A stretch of DNA of 43,855 bases from Acidimicrobiaceae bacterium (GTDB lineage: Bacteria > Actinomycetota > Acidimicrobiia > Acidimicrobiales > Palsa-688): the NCBI GenBank assembly GCA_030838025.1, contig JAUTXM010000392.1, positions 1 through 43,855 on the forward strand. Direction: 5' to 3'. Each line of letters starts with the position of its first letter. The first letter of the stretch is position 1. Positions 25,364 through 33,846 of this stretch are shown one piece after another. Position numbers and translations under genes: made by a program. The notes beneath the pieces are model-generated. The model was given only the letters and a program-made list of their open reading frames with translations, was not told where the DNA came from and ran no database searches.

Positions 25364-27685
25364 CTACTCGGCCGCGGCCGCGGGCTCGGGCGCAGGGTTT
25401 GCCTGCGTCGTCTCGGTCGCCCGCCGACCCCGGCCTTCGAGGGCGTCGAGCAGATGGAGGGAGATGTCCTGGACGAGCACGTCGTCTCGGCCGGTCTCCT
25501 TGGTGCCGTCGTCGATCATGATGTAGCAGAACGGGCAGGCGGTGGCGATGCGACCGGCACCGGTCGCGAGAAGTTCGCGAGACCGTTCGGTGTTGACCTT
25601 GGTGCCCGTCGACTCCTCCATCCACATGCGGGCGCCACCGGCACCGCAGCACATCCCCTTGGTCCCGTTGCGGGGTGCCTCGACGATCTCGATCCCCGCC
25701 AACTGGCCGAGGACCCGCCGGGGGGCGCCGTAGATGTCGTTGTGCCGTCCCAGGTAGCAGCTGTCGTGGTACACCACCCGGTCCTCGAGGACGGCTTCGG
25801 AGACGTCCAGCCGCTTGGTCTCGATGAGGCGTTCGAGCAGCTGGCTGTGGTGGATCACGTCGTAGTTGCCGCCGAGCTGGGGGTATTCGTTTTTCAGTGT
25901 GTTGAAGCAGTGAGGGCACTGGGTGATCACCTTCTTCACCCCGAGCTGCTCCAAATTGGCGACGTTTTCCCTGGCCAGCACTTGGAAGAGGTACTCGTTT
26001 CCTGACCGCCGGGCCGGGTCGCCGGTGCACTTCTCCATCGGCCCGAGGACCGCGAAGTCGACCCCGGCTTTCTGGAGGAGCTTCACGGTGGCGATGGTTA
26101 CCTTCTTATTCTTGTCGTCGAAGCTGCCGGCGCAGCCGACCCAGTACAGGTACTCGTGGGTGAAGGGCCCGCTCGGATCGACAAGCGCCACGTCGTCGGG
26201 AAGGCCCTTGGCCCACGCGGCCCGTTCCCTGGGGGGAAGACCCCACGGGTTCTGCTGGTTCTCCATGGCCCGGTAGGCCGTACCGAGCTCGCTCGGGAAG
26301 TTGGACTCCATCAGCGACAAGTAGCGGCGCATGTCGAGGATCTTGTCGAGGATCTCGATGTTGACCGGGCAGATCTCGTCGCACGCCTTGCAGGTGGTGC
26401 AGGCCCAAATCTCATCGGGGGTGATGCGTTCGAAGACCGAGTCGGCGGTCACCGTGAGCTCCGCCTCCCGCCCCACGACCGGTGAGACCGGGCCCCCTGG
26501 GTGGGTGGCGGCCATAACGTCGCCGATCTTGAGCACGATCTCTCTCGGATCGAGCGGCTTGCCAGTGGCGTGGGCCGGGCAGACCGAGGTGCAGCGCCCG
26601 CACACGGTGCAGGCGTCGATGTCAAGGAGCTGCTTCCAGGTGAAGTCCTCGACGGCGTTGGCTCCGAAGCTCTCGAGCGACGTCTCGGTCAGATCGGGCA
26701 GGGGCCTCATGGCCCCCTTGGGCCGCTCGCGGTCACGTAGGTACATGTTGAGCGGGGAGGTGAACATGTGGCGGAGCTTGGTCGTGGGAACGAGCAGCAC
26801 CAGGGTGAAGAACGCCAGCACGTGGATCCCCCATGACCACTGGTGGGCCGCTACCAGCTGCTGGTGGCTGAGGCCGTCGAAGAGCGACGCCAGCGGGTAG
26901 CCCAGGACGCGCCACTTCTCGAACGCCGGCCGACCCTGGAGCTCGATCCGAAGGGCGCTCGTCGTGAAGCCGGTGACGCCGATCACTAGGAAGGTTCCGA
27001 GGATCAGCCCGTCCTCGGGCCTGGTCTTGATGCGGATCCGGTAGGGCCGGATGACGTAGCGGCGGACGATCGCCCAGACGATGCCGACGAGGAACAGAAT
27101 GCCGGCGATGTTGGCGACCAGGGCGTACGCCTGGTACGTGGTGCCGTGCAGGAACTTGGCACTCCCCGGCATCACGTGGTTGATCTCGTCGACCGTCGTC
27201 ACGGCGAACAGGATCAGGAAGGGGAAGTAGATCAGCGAGTGCATGACGCCGGCGGCGGGATCGCGCAGCAGCGTCTGCATATAGAGGCCTGCCCGGAGGT
27301 CGCGCAGCCGGCGCTTGATCGTGCGCGAGGTGGTCGCTCGTCGGTCCGGCTGGCCCCGTTCCCAGTTCTGAATCCGCTGGTAGAAGAACCAGCCCGCCAC
27401 GATGAACAACAGCGGCAGCACTGCGTAGAACAGCGCCTGGAGGGCAGTGGGGATGTTGTAGAACACGACCCGCTGGACGCGAGAGTGATCCTCCCAACTC
27501 GTGACCGATGCGCCGATGGCGAGCGCCACGGTGACGGCGGCTAGCCCTACGGCGATCATCAGGCCGAACGTGGAGGGCTTGATTCGTGATCGGCGAGGTG
27601 GGTCGGGGCGGCGACGACCGTCGCCACTCGAAGCCGTCGTGGTCGGAGGCGACTCGGTCAGGCCAGTCACCTGTTGGGTTGCCAT
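25364..27685 (-). CDS. membrane-bound iron-sulfur reductase (NarI/DsrM-like membrane domain fused to 2x[4Fe-4S] and two CCG domains; HdrD/GlpC-like, Rv0338c-type)
   Basis: About 6 TM helices in the N-terminal half. CTVCGRCTSVCP and CTTCKACDEICP ferredoxin motifs. CCG-type motifs VGCAGSFD...CPHCFNTL and DSCYLGRHN...MCCGAGG. Confidence 0.85.
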   Translation of the reverse strand: MATQQVTGLTESPPTTTASSGDGRRRPDPPRRSRIKPSTFGLMIAVGLAAVTVALAIGASVTSWEDHSRVQRVVFYNIPTALQALFYAVLPLLFIVAGWFFYQRIQNWERGQPDRRATTSRTIKRRLRDLRAGLYMQTLLRDPAAGVMHSLIYFPFLILFAVTTVDEINHVMPGSAKFLHGTTYQAYALVANIAGILFLVGIVWAIVRRYVIRPYRIRIKTRPEDGLILGTFLVIGVTGFTTSALRIELQGRPAFEKWRVLGYPLASLFDGLSHQQLVAAHQWSWGIHVLAFFTLVLLVPTTKLRHMFTSPLNMYLRDRERPKGAMRPLPDLTETSLESFGANAVEDFTWKQLLDIDACTVCGRCTSVCPAHATGKPLDPREIVLKIGDVMAATHPGGPVSPVVGREAELTVTADSVFERITPDEIWACTTCKACDEICPVNIEILDKILDMRRYLSLMESNFPSELGTAYRAMENQQNPWGLPPRERAAWAKGLPDDVALVDPSGPFTHEYLYWVGCAGSFDDKNKKVTIATVKLLQKAGVDFAVLGPMEKCTGDPARRSGNEYLFQVLARENVANLEQLGVKKVITQCPHCFNTLKNEYPQLGGNYDVIHHSQLLERLIETKRLDVSEAVLEDRVVYHDSCYLGRHNDIYGAPRRVLGQLAGIEIVEAPRNGTKGMCCGAGGARMWMEESTGTKVNTERSRELLATGAGRIATACPFCYIMIDDGTKETGRDDVLVQDISLHLLDALEGRGRRATETTQANPAPEPAAAAE

Positions 27686-27800
27686 GAGGCCGAAACTAGT
27701 TGTTTGGTGTGACGGAAACCACGAGGTTGGACGGGAAGGACACCGGAACCTTCACCCACCCGAAACATTCGCGCAACGTTGCCCTCGTAGCGTCCGAGCC

Positions 27801-28319
27801 GTGGATGTCGTCCTGGTTCGATGGCCTGCGGAGGCGGTGCGCAGGGCGCAGCTCGCTCTCCGCCAAATGCCCCGCCTCCTGTTGCTCGAGGACAATGCCG
27901 TCCCACCCCAGGCGGGGGACTGCCTCGAGGATTGGATACGCGTTCCCGCCACCGAGATCGACGTGCGGTCACGATGCTCGGCGTTGGCTGCCCGGGCCGA
28001 GCAGCACGTCTCTGCCTCGCCGACGCTCGATGACGACGGTGTGCTGCGCTTTGGCGGGATCTGGGTGCCACTGCCCCCAGTCGAAGCCCGTCTCACCGAC
28101 GCCCTGCTTCAGCGCTTCGGTGCCGTCGTCAGTCGTGAGGGCCTGGCCCGCGCCGGATGGCCTGACGGCGCGCCCGGGCGTAACGCGCTCGACGTCCACG
28201 TGCTGCGCCTGCGACGGCGCATCAACCCGCTCGGCCTGGCGATTCGTACCGTCCGGTCTCGCGGCTACCTCCTCGAGGGTCTTCCCAGCGCCATGGTCCG
28301 GTCGGTCGCCGAAGCCTGA
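27801..28319 (+). CDS. winged-helix (OmpR/PhoB-type Trans_reg_C) DNA-binding protein with degenerate N-terminal domain
   Basis: The C-terminus LRFGGIWVPLPPVEARLTDALLQRFGAVVSREGL...LDVHVLRLRRRI...IRTVRSRGYLLE is a typical wHTH. Listed ORF starts at 27501, inside the divergent Fe-S gene. GTG 27801 is my best guess, and the start is uncertain. Confidence 0.55.
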   Translation: MDVVLVRWPAEAVRRAQLALRQMPRLLLLEDNAVPPQAGDCLEDWIRVPATEIDVRSRCSALAARAEQHVSASPTLDDDGVLRFGGIWVPLPPVEARLTDALLQRFGAVVSREGLARAGWPDGAPGRNALDVHVLRLRRRINPLGLAIRTVRSRGYLLEGLPSAMVRSVAEA

Positions 28320-28582
28320 ACTCAGCAGGGCTCGGCTGGGCTCGGCTCAGAGCTGGCAGGTGCTTGGTAGATCCACGCGCCACCGCGTCCTCCCACGCGT
28401 GTAACGGACTGTTCACAGAACAGCCACAAGTGTGAAATCTCCGGTCCCTACGGTCTTCTCGACGCCCGCAGGGTGCCGCTGGTACAACCGAAAAGGGCGC
28501 CGGTACCACGGGCCGTGGTCCCAACTACGGGTGCTCAGGAACCTCGCAGTTCACCGCCCAACAGAACAGGGGAGGCATCCGG

Positions 28583-30157
28583 GTGTCAGACGTTCCCTCT
28601 GGTGAGATGAGGCGCAGCCTCACGCTGACCGGAATCACTGTCAACGCCATGGCGCTCATCGCGCCGGGCGCATTTCTGTGGACCACCTTCCAGATACAGG
28701 CGTCGCAGAAGGGGGGTACCACCGCCACCGATATGTGGACCGGGCTTCTCTTTGCACTCGTCCTCGCACTCCTGACGGCATACAGCTACAGCGAGCTGGC
28801 CCGCATTTATCCCGACGCCGGAGCGGGATCGAGCTATTACTTTGCCGAGGCGGCTCTGCTTGATCGGGAAGGGCCGAAGATGCGGGCATTTGCCCGGACC
28901 GCCAAGCTCACCGTGGGGTGGATCAGCCATCTTTATTACTGGTTGTACCCCTCCATCATGGTCGGCTTCATGGGGATCCTTTTCGGATACCTCTATTCGG
29001 CAATATTCCATCACACGCTGACCTATATACCGCAGGCGATCGGTTGCGTCTCGCTGGCCTTGGTCTGCGGTTACATCGCCTTCCGGGGCATCAGTGGCTC
29101 GACGATGACGGCCATCATTATCAACGTCGTCCAGATCACATGCCTGGTCGCCGTGAGCTTCCTGTTCATCGCCTACCGGCTGGGCCACGGCCACGAGATC
29201 TATGCCTTCGCCAACGCCGGCAAGGTGGTGATCCCCCACAGCTTCATACACATCATTTACCAGTCCACGATCGCGATCCTTTTGCTGGTGGGGTTCGAGT
29301 CCGTCACGGCCCTTGGCTCAGAGGCGCTTCGGCCAGAGAAGGACATCAAGAAGGGCGTGCTGCTTTCGCTCATTATCCAAGGCGGGATTTGCTACCTCTT
29401 CGAGTATTTCGCGGCCAATTTTGTGACGAGTACGACCACCACCGCCAACGCTGCGATCACGCTCCCACCGGGCACGAATCCCTTGGGTGGCTTCTCCAGT
29501 GCCGCGCTCGATCCGGCGCCCATCGGCACCGTGGTGAAGAACGTCGCCGCCACGACGCTCCACGCGGGGACGGCGGTTTCGCTCATTGTTGCCGCAACGG
29601 TATTGATCGCGTTGCTGGGAACGACGCTCGCTTGCCTGAACACCGGCGTCCGCGTCACCTATGCGATGGCGAAGGACAAGGAGATGCCAGGGTTACTGTC
29701 GCTACTCCATGGCCGCTTCGCGACGCCCCATGGGGGGATCCTCGTCCTTACGCTGATATCGGCCGCGATCGGTGTGTACTGCGCCACGCCCTACAACGTC
29801 GACAACATCACCCAGATCACGCTCGCCTCGAACACCGGTACATTCCTGGTTTACGGGATGACTTGTATCGTCGCCGTGGTCGCGTTCGCGGAACGTCACG
29901 ACAAGCATCTGCTCAAGCACATGGTGATTCCGGGGCTGGGGGCGCTCATGAACCTGGCTGAGTTGTGCGGGGTCGTGTATCTGGCGATCACGGCGGGAGG
30001 CGCCACCTCGAAAGACACCTACAAGGCCCTCGGGCTCGTGGCGTTGTGGATCGTTCTCGGTGTTGTCTGGGTGGCGGTGAACCCGAACAAGCATGACGCC
30101 AGGAAGGTTCACGAAGACCGAACCGTGCGAGCACCAAAGGCGCCGACCCCGGTGTAA
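28583..30157 (+). CDS. APC-superfamily amino acid/polyamine permease
   Basis: GTG start 7 nt after AGGGGAGG. About 12 TM segments, with N-terminal LTLTGITVNAMALIAPGAFLW and AYSYSELARIYPDAGAGSSYYF typical of APC transporters. Confidence 0.8.
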   Translation: MSDVPSGEMRRSLTLTGITVNAMALIAPGAFLWTTFQIQASQKGGTTATDMWTGLLFALVLALLTAYSYSELARIYPDAGAGSSYYFAEAALLDREGPKMRAFARTAKLTVGWISHLYYWLYPSIMVGFMGILFGYLYSAIFHHTLTYIPQAIGCVSLALVCGYIAFRGISGSTMTAIIINVVQITCLVAVSFLFIAYRLGHGHEIYAFANAGKVVIPHSFIHIIYQSTIAILLLVGFESVTALGSEALRPEKDIKKGVLLSLIIQGGICYLFEYFAANFVTSTTTTANAAITLPPGTNPLGGFSSAALDPAPIGTVVKNVAATTLHAGTAVSLIVAATVLIALLGTTLACLNTGVRVTYAMAKDKEMPGLLSLLHGRFATPHGGILVLTLISAAIGVYCATPYNVDNITQITLASNTGTFLVYGMTCIVAVVAFAERHDKHLLKHMVIPGLGALMNLAELCGVVYLAITAGGATSKDTYKALGLVALWIVLGVVWVAVNPNKHDARKVHEDRTVRAPKAPTPV

Positions 30158-30252
30158 CGCCGTCGATACGCACCGTCTGAACAACCGCTGCGACTCCCGC
30201 CGCTCAGGGGTCGTGAGGCGGTCGCTCATTGGGCGAGCGGTCGGGCAGGGCC

Positions 30253-30290
30253 GGAGTACAAACCGTCGTGTGGACGACGGTTTGTACTCC
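30253..30290. terminator. perfect 17-bp stem / 4-nt loop hairpin between convergent genes (candidate bidirectional terminator)
   Basis: GGAGTACAAACCGTCGT-gtgg-ACGACGGTTTGTACTCC, with complementarity verified base by base. There is no U-tract on either side. Confidence 0.5.
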
Positions 30291-30367
30291 CGATCCCTGG
30301 TCAATGCGGCTGCGGGCGTGGACGCGCAACAACGAGGCCGGGCGGAGTGGCCCCGGCCCCGGCGCGT

Positions 30368-30709
30368 TTACTTCGAGCTTCGCCGCTCCCGACGCAGCAC
30401 TGTGGAAACGGCGCCTCGCAGGAACAGCAGCCCGATGCCGAAGGCCACGATCGCGGGGATCAGCCGCCAGCCCGTTGCCAGCGACAGGAACAAGATGACG
30501 CCGACCGCCAGCCACATGACCGCGACCAAGACCAGAAATCCCGGGCTCGAGGGCCGGCGCCCGATCGTGACCGGAGTCTCCGGTTCGGGCGGACGCACCC
30601 TGCCTGGCCCTCTTGTGTTCGTCGCCCTATTGGTGGTCACCTTTGCTGGACCACCACCCTTCGGTGTGATCCGGCCGCTCGAGCCCCCCTTGTGCTGGCG
30701 AGTAGCCAT
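30368..30709 (-). CDS. small two-TM membrane protein, CrgA-like
   Basis: ATG 30709 gives MATRQHKGGSSGRITPKGGGPAKV..., a basic N-terminal tail followed by two TM helices (FLVLVAVMWLAVGVILFL and LIPAIVAFGIGLLFL). It sits next to a PP2C/STPK cluster, as crgA does in many actinobacteria. The call rests on architecture and context only. Confidence 0.4.
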   Translation of the reverse strand: MATRQHKGGSSGRITPKGGGPAKVTTNRATNTRGPGRVRPPEPETPVTIGRRPSSPGFLVLVAVMWLAVGVILFLSLATGWRLIPAIVAFGIGLLFLRGAVSTVLRRERRSSK

Positions 30710-30748
30710 GGACACTAACGTTAGCGGCCGCCGACTTCGGAGGCGCCG

Positions 30749-31909
30749 GTGAACACGGGACACCCCGGTGACTCAGGCGACCCTGACCCGGTTATCGCAG
30801 CTGGGGGAGACCTCGCCGAGGCGTCCCGGACCGCTGATCGGGCCGGTCCCCAACCGGACTCCGAGGCCGGTCCCGACGCACCTGTCGAGCCGGCTGCGCC
30901 CGTCGCACCTGTCGAGCCGCCTGTCGAGCCGGCTGCGCCCGCGGCGCCCGAGCCGGACGCACCCGCGATCCCGGCGGAGCCCGCGACACCCATCGCCCCC
31001 CCGGCCGCGGCGGACCGGGCGGCTCCGTCGCCTCCCACTCCTGCGGACCCGGGAAACGGGAAGCTCTCCGGCCACGCAATCCTGGCCAAGCTGGCGTGGG
31101 CCATGCGCTCCGAACCAGGCGACGTGCGCCCCCACAACGAGGACTTCGCGGGCGTGTTCGCCCCCACCATCCCCGACGACGCCTGGGACCGGGGCCCGTT
31201 CTTCATCGTCGCCGACGGCCTCGGGGGCCACGCCGCGGGCGAGGTGGCCAGCCGCACCGCAGTCGAAACGGCGCTCGCCCACTGGACGGCCGGTACCCCC
31301 GCCGCCCCCCACCAGGCCGTGCGCGCCGCCATCCGCGCCGCCAACGTGGCCGTCTACGATGCCGCCCTGAGCAACCGCCACCACGGCATGGCGACCACGT
31401 TCACCGCCCTCACCCTGGCCGGCAACGAAGCGATCATCGGCCACGTCGGCGACAGCCGTTGCTACCTCGTCCGAGGCCCGACCACGACACAACTCACCAA
31501 CGACCATTCCCGCGTGGGTGAGATGCTGCGCGCCGGTCTCATCACCCCCGACCAGGCCGCCAATCACCCGGCCCGTTCCATGATCTCGCGCTCGGTCGGC
31601 AGTGAACCGGGGGTGTCGGTCGACATCATCCGCCAGCCCACCCAAGCGGGCGACACGTTCCTGCTCTGCAGCGACGGGCTCTGGGACGTGGTCGGCCGCC
31701 GGGACATCACCGACGTGGTCGAGGCCATTGGCACCCCGGCTGTTCCCACCGTCATCGCGGCGGCCGACACCCTGATCGAGCAGGCCTTGGCGCGAAACAC
31801 CCCTGATAACGTCACCCTCCTCGTGGTGCGGATAACCACCGACCGGCCGGTGCCCGCCGCCACGACCCGGCGTTCATTCCTCCGGCGGGGTAGGGGGATA
31901 GTCAGATGA
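30749..31909 (+). CDS. PP2C-family Ser/Thr protein phosphatase with ~110-aa Pro/Ala/Glu-rich N-terminal extension
   Basis: RSEPGDVRPHNEDF, FFIVADGLGGHAAGEVAS, GHVGDSRCYL and LLCSDGLWDVV motifs. There is no alternative ATG/GTG/TTG between 30749 and the catalytic core. Confidence 0.85.
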   Translation: MNTGHPGDSGDPDPVIAAGGDLAEASRTADRAGPQPDSEAGPDAPVEPAAPVAPVEPPVEPAAPAAPEPDAPAIPAEPATPIAPPAAADRAAPSPPTPADPGNGKLSGHAILAKLAWAMRSEPGDVRPHNEDFAGVFAPTIPDDAWDRGPFFIVADGLGGHAAGEVASRTAVETALAHWTAGTPAAPHQAVRAAIRAANVAVYDAALSNRHHGMATTFTALTLAGNEAIIGHVGDSRCYLVRGPTTTQLTNDHSRVGEMLRAGLITPDQAANHPARSMISRSVGSEPGVSVDIIRQPTQAGDTFLLCSDGLWDVVGRRDITDVVEAIGTPAVPTVIAAADTLIEQALARNTPDNVTLLVVRITTDRPVPAATTRRSFLRRGRGIVR

Positions 31910-32847
31910 GCCGCTTCTCGCCCGGCGAACGGCTGGACACCTACGAGATCACCGAACTGCTCGGGGCGGGCGCCTACAACGAGTCCTACCGCGCCACCGA
32001 CCTCCGCAACGGTCGCACGGTCGTCCTGAAGATCCCCGACCCCAACCTGTTCGCCGACCCGGCCACTTACAACCGCTACAAGCGCGAAGCCGAGGTGGCG
32101 AAGCGCCTCGACCATCCCGCCGTGCAGAGCGCGATCGATGATGGCGAGGCGCGAGCCGAGCCCTACCTCGTGCTCACCTTCGTGGACGGCGATTCCCTCA
32201 GCCACCGCCTGCATGAGCAGCGGGGGGCATTTTCCATCCCTATCGTCGTCGACTGGGGCCGGCAACTGGCCGACGGGCTGGCCTACCTCCACGGCCAAGG
32301 CGTCGTGCACCGGGACCTGAAACCGGGCAACGTCCTCATCGGCCCCGGCGACCGCCTGGTCATCGCCGACTTCGGCACCGCCCAGCTGGCCGGGGCGCGG
32401 CGGCTCACGTTCAAGCACCTCACGGGCCTGCTGGGTACCCCGGAGTACATGAGTCCCGAGCAGGTGCAGGGCGGGCGGGGCGACGCTCGCAGCGACATCT
32501 ACGCGCTAGGCGTGATGATGTACGAAATGTTGACAGGCCGGACCCCCTTCGCAGGCAACGACTGGATGGCGGTCATGGCCGGCCATCTGCAGGGCGACCC
32601 GAAGCCGATCCGCAAGGTGCGCCCCGAAACACCCGCCGCCCTCGAGGCCGTCGTCCTCCATGCCATGCGCCGTTACCCCGACAGCCGCTACCAATCGGCC
32701 GACGACATGCGCCGCGACCTCGACCGGCTCGACAGCCTGGACCCGGCCGCCTTCGACCTTTCCCCGGAGAAGCCCATGGGCGGCGCGCCGGGCGGCGGCG
32801 GCAAGGGGCTGTTCTCGAGGATGTTCAAGACGCGAGGCGGCGGGTGA
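31906..32847 (+). CDS. Hanks-type Ser/Thr protein kinase (kinase domain only, no TM)
   Basis: VVLKIPD (catalytic Lys), HRDLKPGNVLI, ADFGTA and GTPEYMSPEQ motifs. The start overlaps the PP2C stop (ATGA). Confidence 0.9.
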   Translation: MSRFSPGERLDTYEITELLGAGAYNESYRATDLRNGRTVVLKIPDPNLFADPATYNRYKREAEVAKRLDHPAVQSAIDDGEARAEPYLVLTFVDGDSLSHRLHEQRGAFSIPIVVDWGRQLADGLAYLHGQGVVHRDLKPGNVLIGPGDRLVIADFGTAQLAGARRLTFKHLTGLLGTPEYMSPEQVQGGRGDARSDIYALGVMMYEMLTGRTPFAGNDWMAVMAGHLQGDPKPIRKVRPETPAALEAVVLHAMRRYPDSRYQSADDMRRDLDRLDSLDPAAFDLSPEKPMGGAPGGGGKGLFSRMFKTRGGG

Positions 32848-33833
32848 GCCGCTACACCCCCGGCGACGTCCTCGACCACTACAAGATCGAGGAGCTTCTC
32901 GGTTCGGGGGCCTATGCCGAGTCGTACAAGGCCACCGACACCCGCGATGGCGGCACGGTCGTGCTCAAGGTTCCCGACCCCAACCTGTTCGCCGATCCGT
33001 CCGCCTTCAGCCGCTACCGCCGGGAAGCCGAGGTGGCCCGCCGGCTCGACCACCCGAGCGTGCAAGGGGCCATCGATCCGGGCGAGTCCCGCAGCGCCCA
33101 CTATCTCGTTCTCGACTACATCGACGGCGTGTCGCTGCGCAAGCGGATGCGGTCCTTCGGCGGCCTGGTGCCCATCGACAAGGTCGTCGATTGGGGACGC
33201 CAGCTGGCCCACGGCCTGGCCTACCTCCACAGCAAAGGGGTCGTGCACCGCGACCTCAAGCCGGAGAACATCCTGGTCACGCCGGACGATCGCCTCGTCA
33301 TCGGCGACTTCGGCACGGCGCAACTCACCGGCGCCCGCCGCCTCACCTGGAAACATCTCTCCGAAAGCCTCGGCACGCCCGACTACATGAGCCCCGAGCA
33401 GGTGCAAGGGGAGCGGGGCGACGCCCGCAGCGACCTCTACTCGCTCGGCGTGATGTTGTACGAGCTGCTCGCGGGGCGGGTTCCCTTCGAGGGCGACAAC
33501 TGGATGGCGGTCATGGCCGGCCACCTCCAGGGCGACCCGAAGCCCATCCACAAGCTGCGCCCCGAGGTTCCGCCCGCGCTCGAGGCGGTGGTGATGCACG
33601 CCATGCGCCGCCACCCCGAGAACCGCTACCAGTCGGCCGACGCCCTGCTGGCCGACCTCGAGCATCTCGACCAGGTCGACCCGGCGGCGTACGACCAGAC
33701 CCCCGAGAAGCCCATGGGCGGCATGGCTGCGGGCCAGTCGTCTCGCCGCCTGTGGGCCATCGCCGCCATGATCTCCGCCGCCTTCCTCGCCTTGGCGGCC
33801 GTGATCATCACGCTGTCCATCCTCCTCCGATAG
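32844..33833 (+). CDS. Hanks-type Ser/Thr protein kinase, tail-anchored paralog
   Basis: VVLKVPD, HRDLKPENILV, GDFGTA and GTPDYMSPEQ motifs. The C-terminal TM LWAIAAMISAAFLALAAVIITLSILL is followed by only one residue. GTGA overlap with the upstream kinase. Confidence 0.9.
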   Translation: MSRYTPGDVLDHYKIEELLGSGAYAESYKATDTRDGGTVVLKVPDPNLFADPSAFSRYRREAEVARRLDHPSVQGAIDPGESRSAHYLVLDYIDGVSLRKRMRSFGGLVPIDKVVDWGRQLAHGLAYLHSKGVVHRDLKPENILVTPDDRLVIGDFGTAQLTGARRLTWKHLSESLGTPDYMSPEQVQGERGDARSDLYSLGVMLYELLAGRVPFEGDNWMAVMAGHLQGDPKPIHKLRPEVPPALEAVVMHAMRRHPENRYQSADALLADLEHLDQVDPAAYDQTPEKPMGGMAAGQSSRRLWAIAAMISAAFLALAAVIITLSILLR

Positions 33834-33846
33834 TCAGGAACCGCCA

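Noticed and set aside
22812-25521. ORFs 22812..24056 (-), 23111..23791 (-), 23159..23848 (+) and 24475..25521 (+), opposite or out of frame with the MscS and HisN-like genes
   Set aside because: No recognisable motifs, and the composition is typical of off-frame GC-rich translation. The partner frames carry clear family signatures.
27683-27686. ATG on both strands sharing the same bases (CATG), suggesting that the regulator starts at 27684 back-to-back with the Fe-S reductase start at 27685
   Set aside because: Divergent genes with overlapping start codons leave no promoter space, and the residues from 27684 to about 27800 look non-protein-like. A downstream GTG (27801) is more plausible but unproven.
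28440-28560. Possible glycine-riboswitch-like element in the 260-nt leader of the APC permease (ACCGAAAAGGGCGCC ... GCTCAGGAAC)
   Set aside because: Only loose resemblance to the ACCGAAGGGGCAA / CTCAGGCAAAAGGAC cores. I could not find the P1 pairing (a GGAGAG-type 5' strand complementary to the CTC upstream of CAGG). A covariance-model scan (RF00504 and other amino-acid riboswitches) would settle it. The long leader may still be regulatory.
31564-33665. Minus-strand ORFs 31564..32418 and 32688..33665, opposite the two kinases
   Set aside because: The kinase frames contain every Hanks subdomain motif, and the antisense frames contain none.
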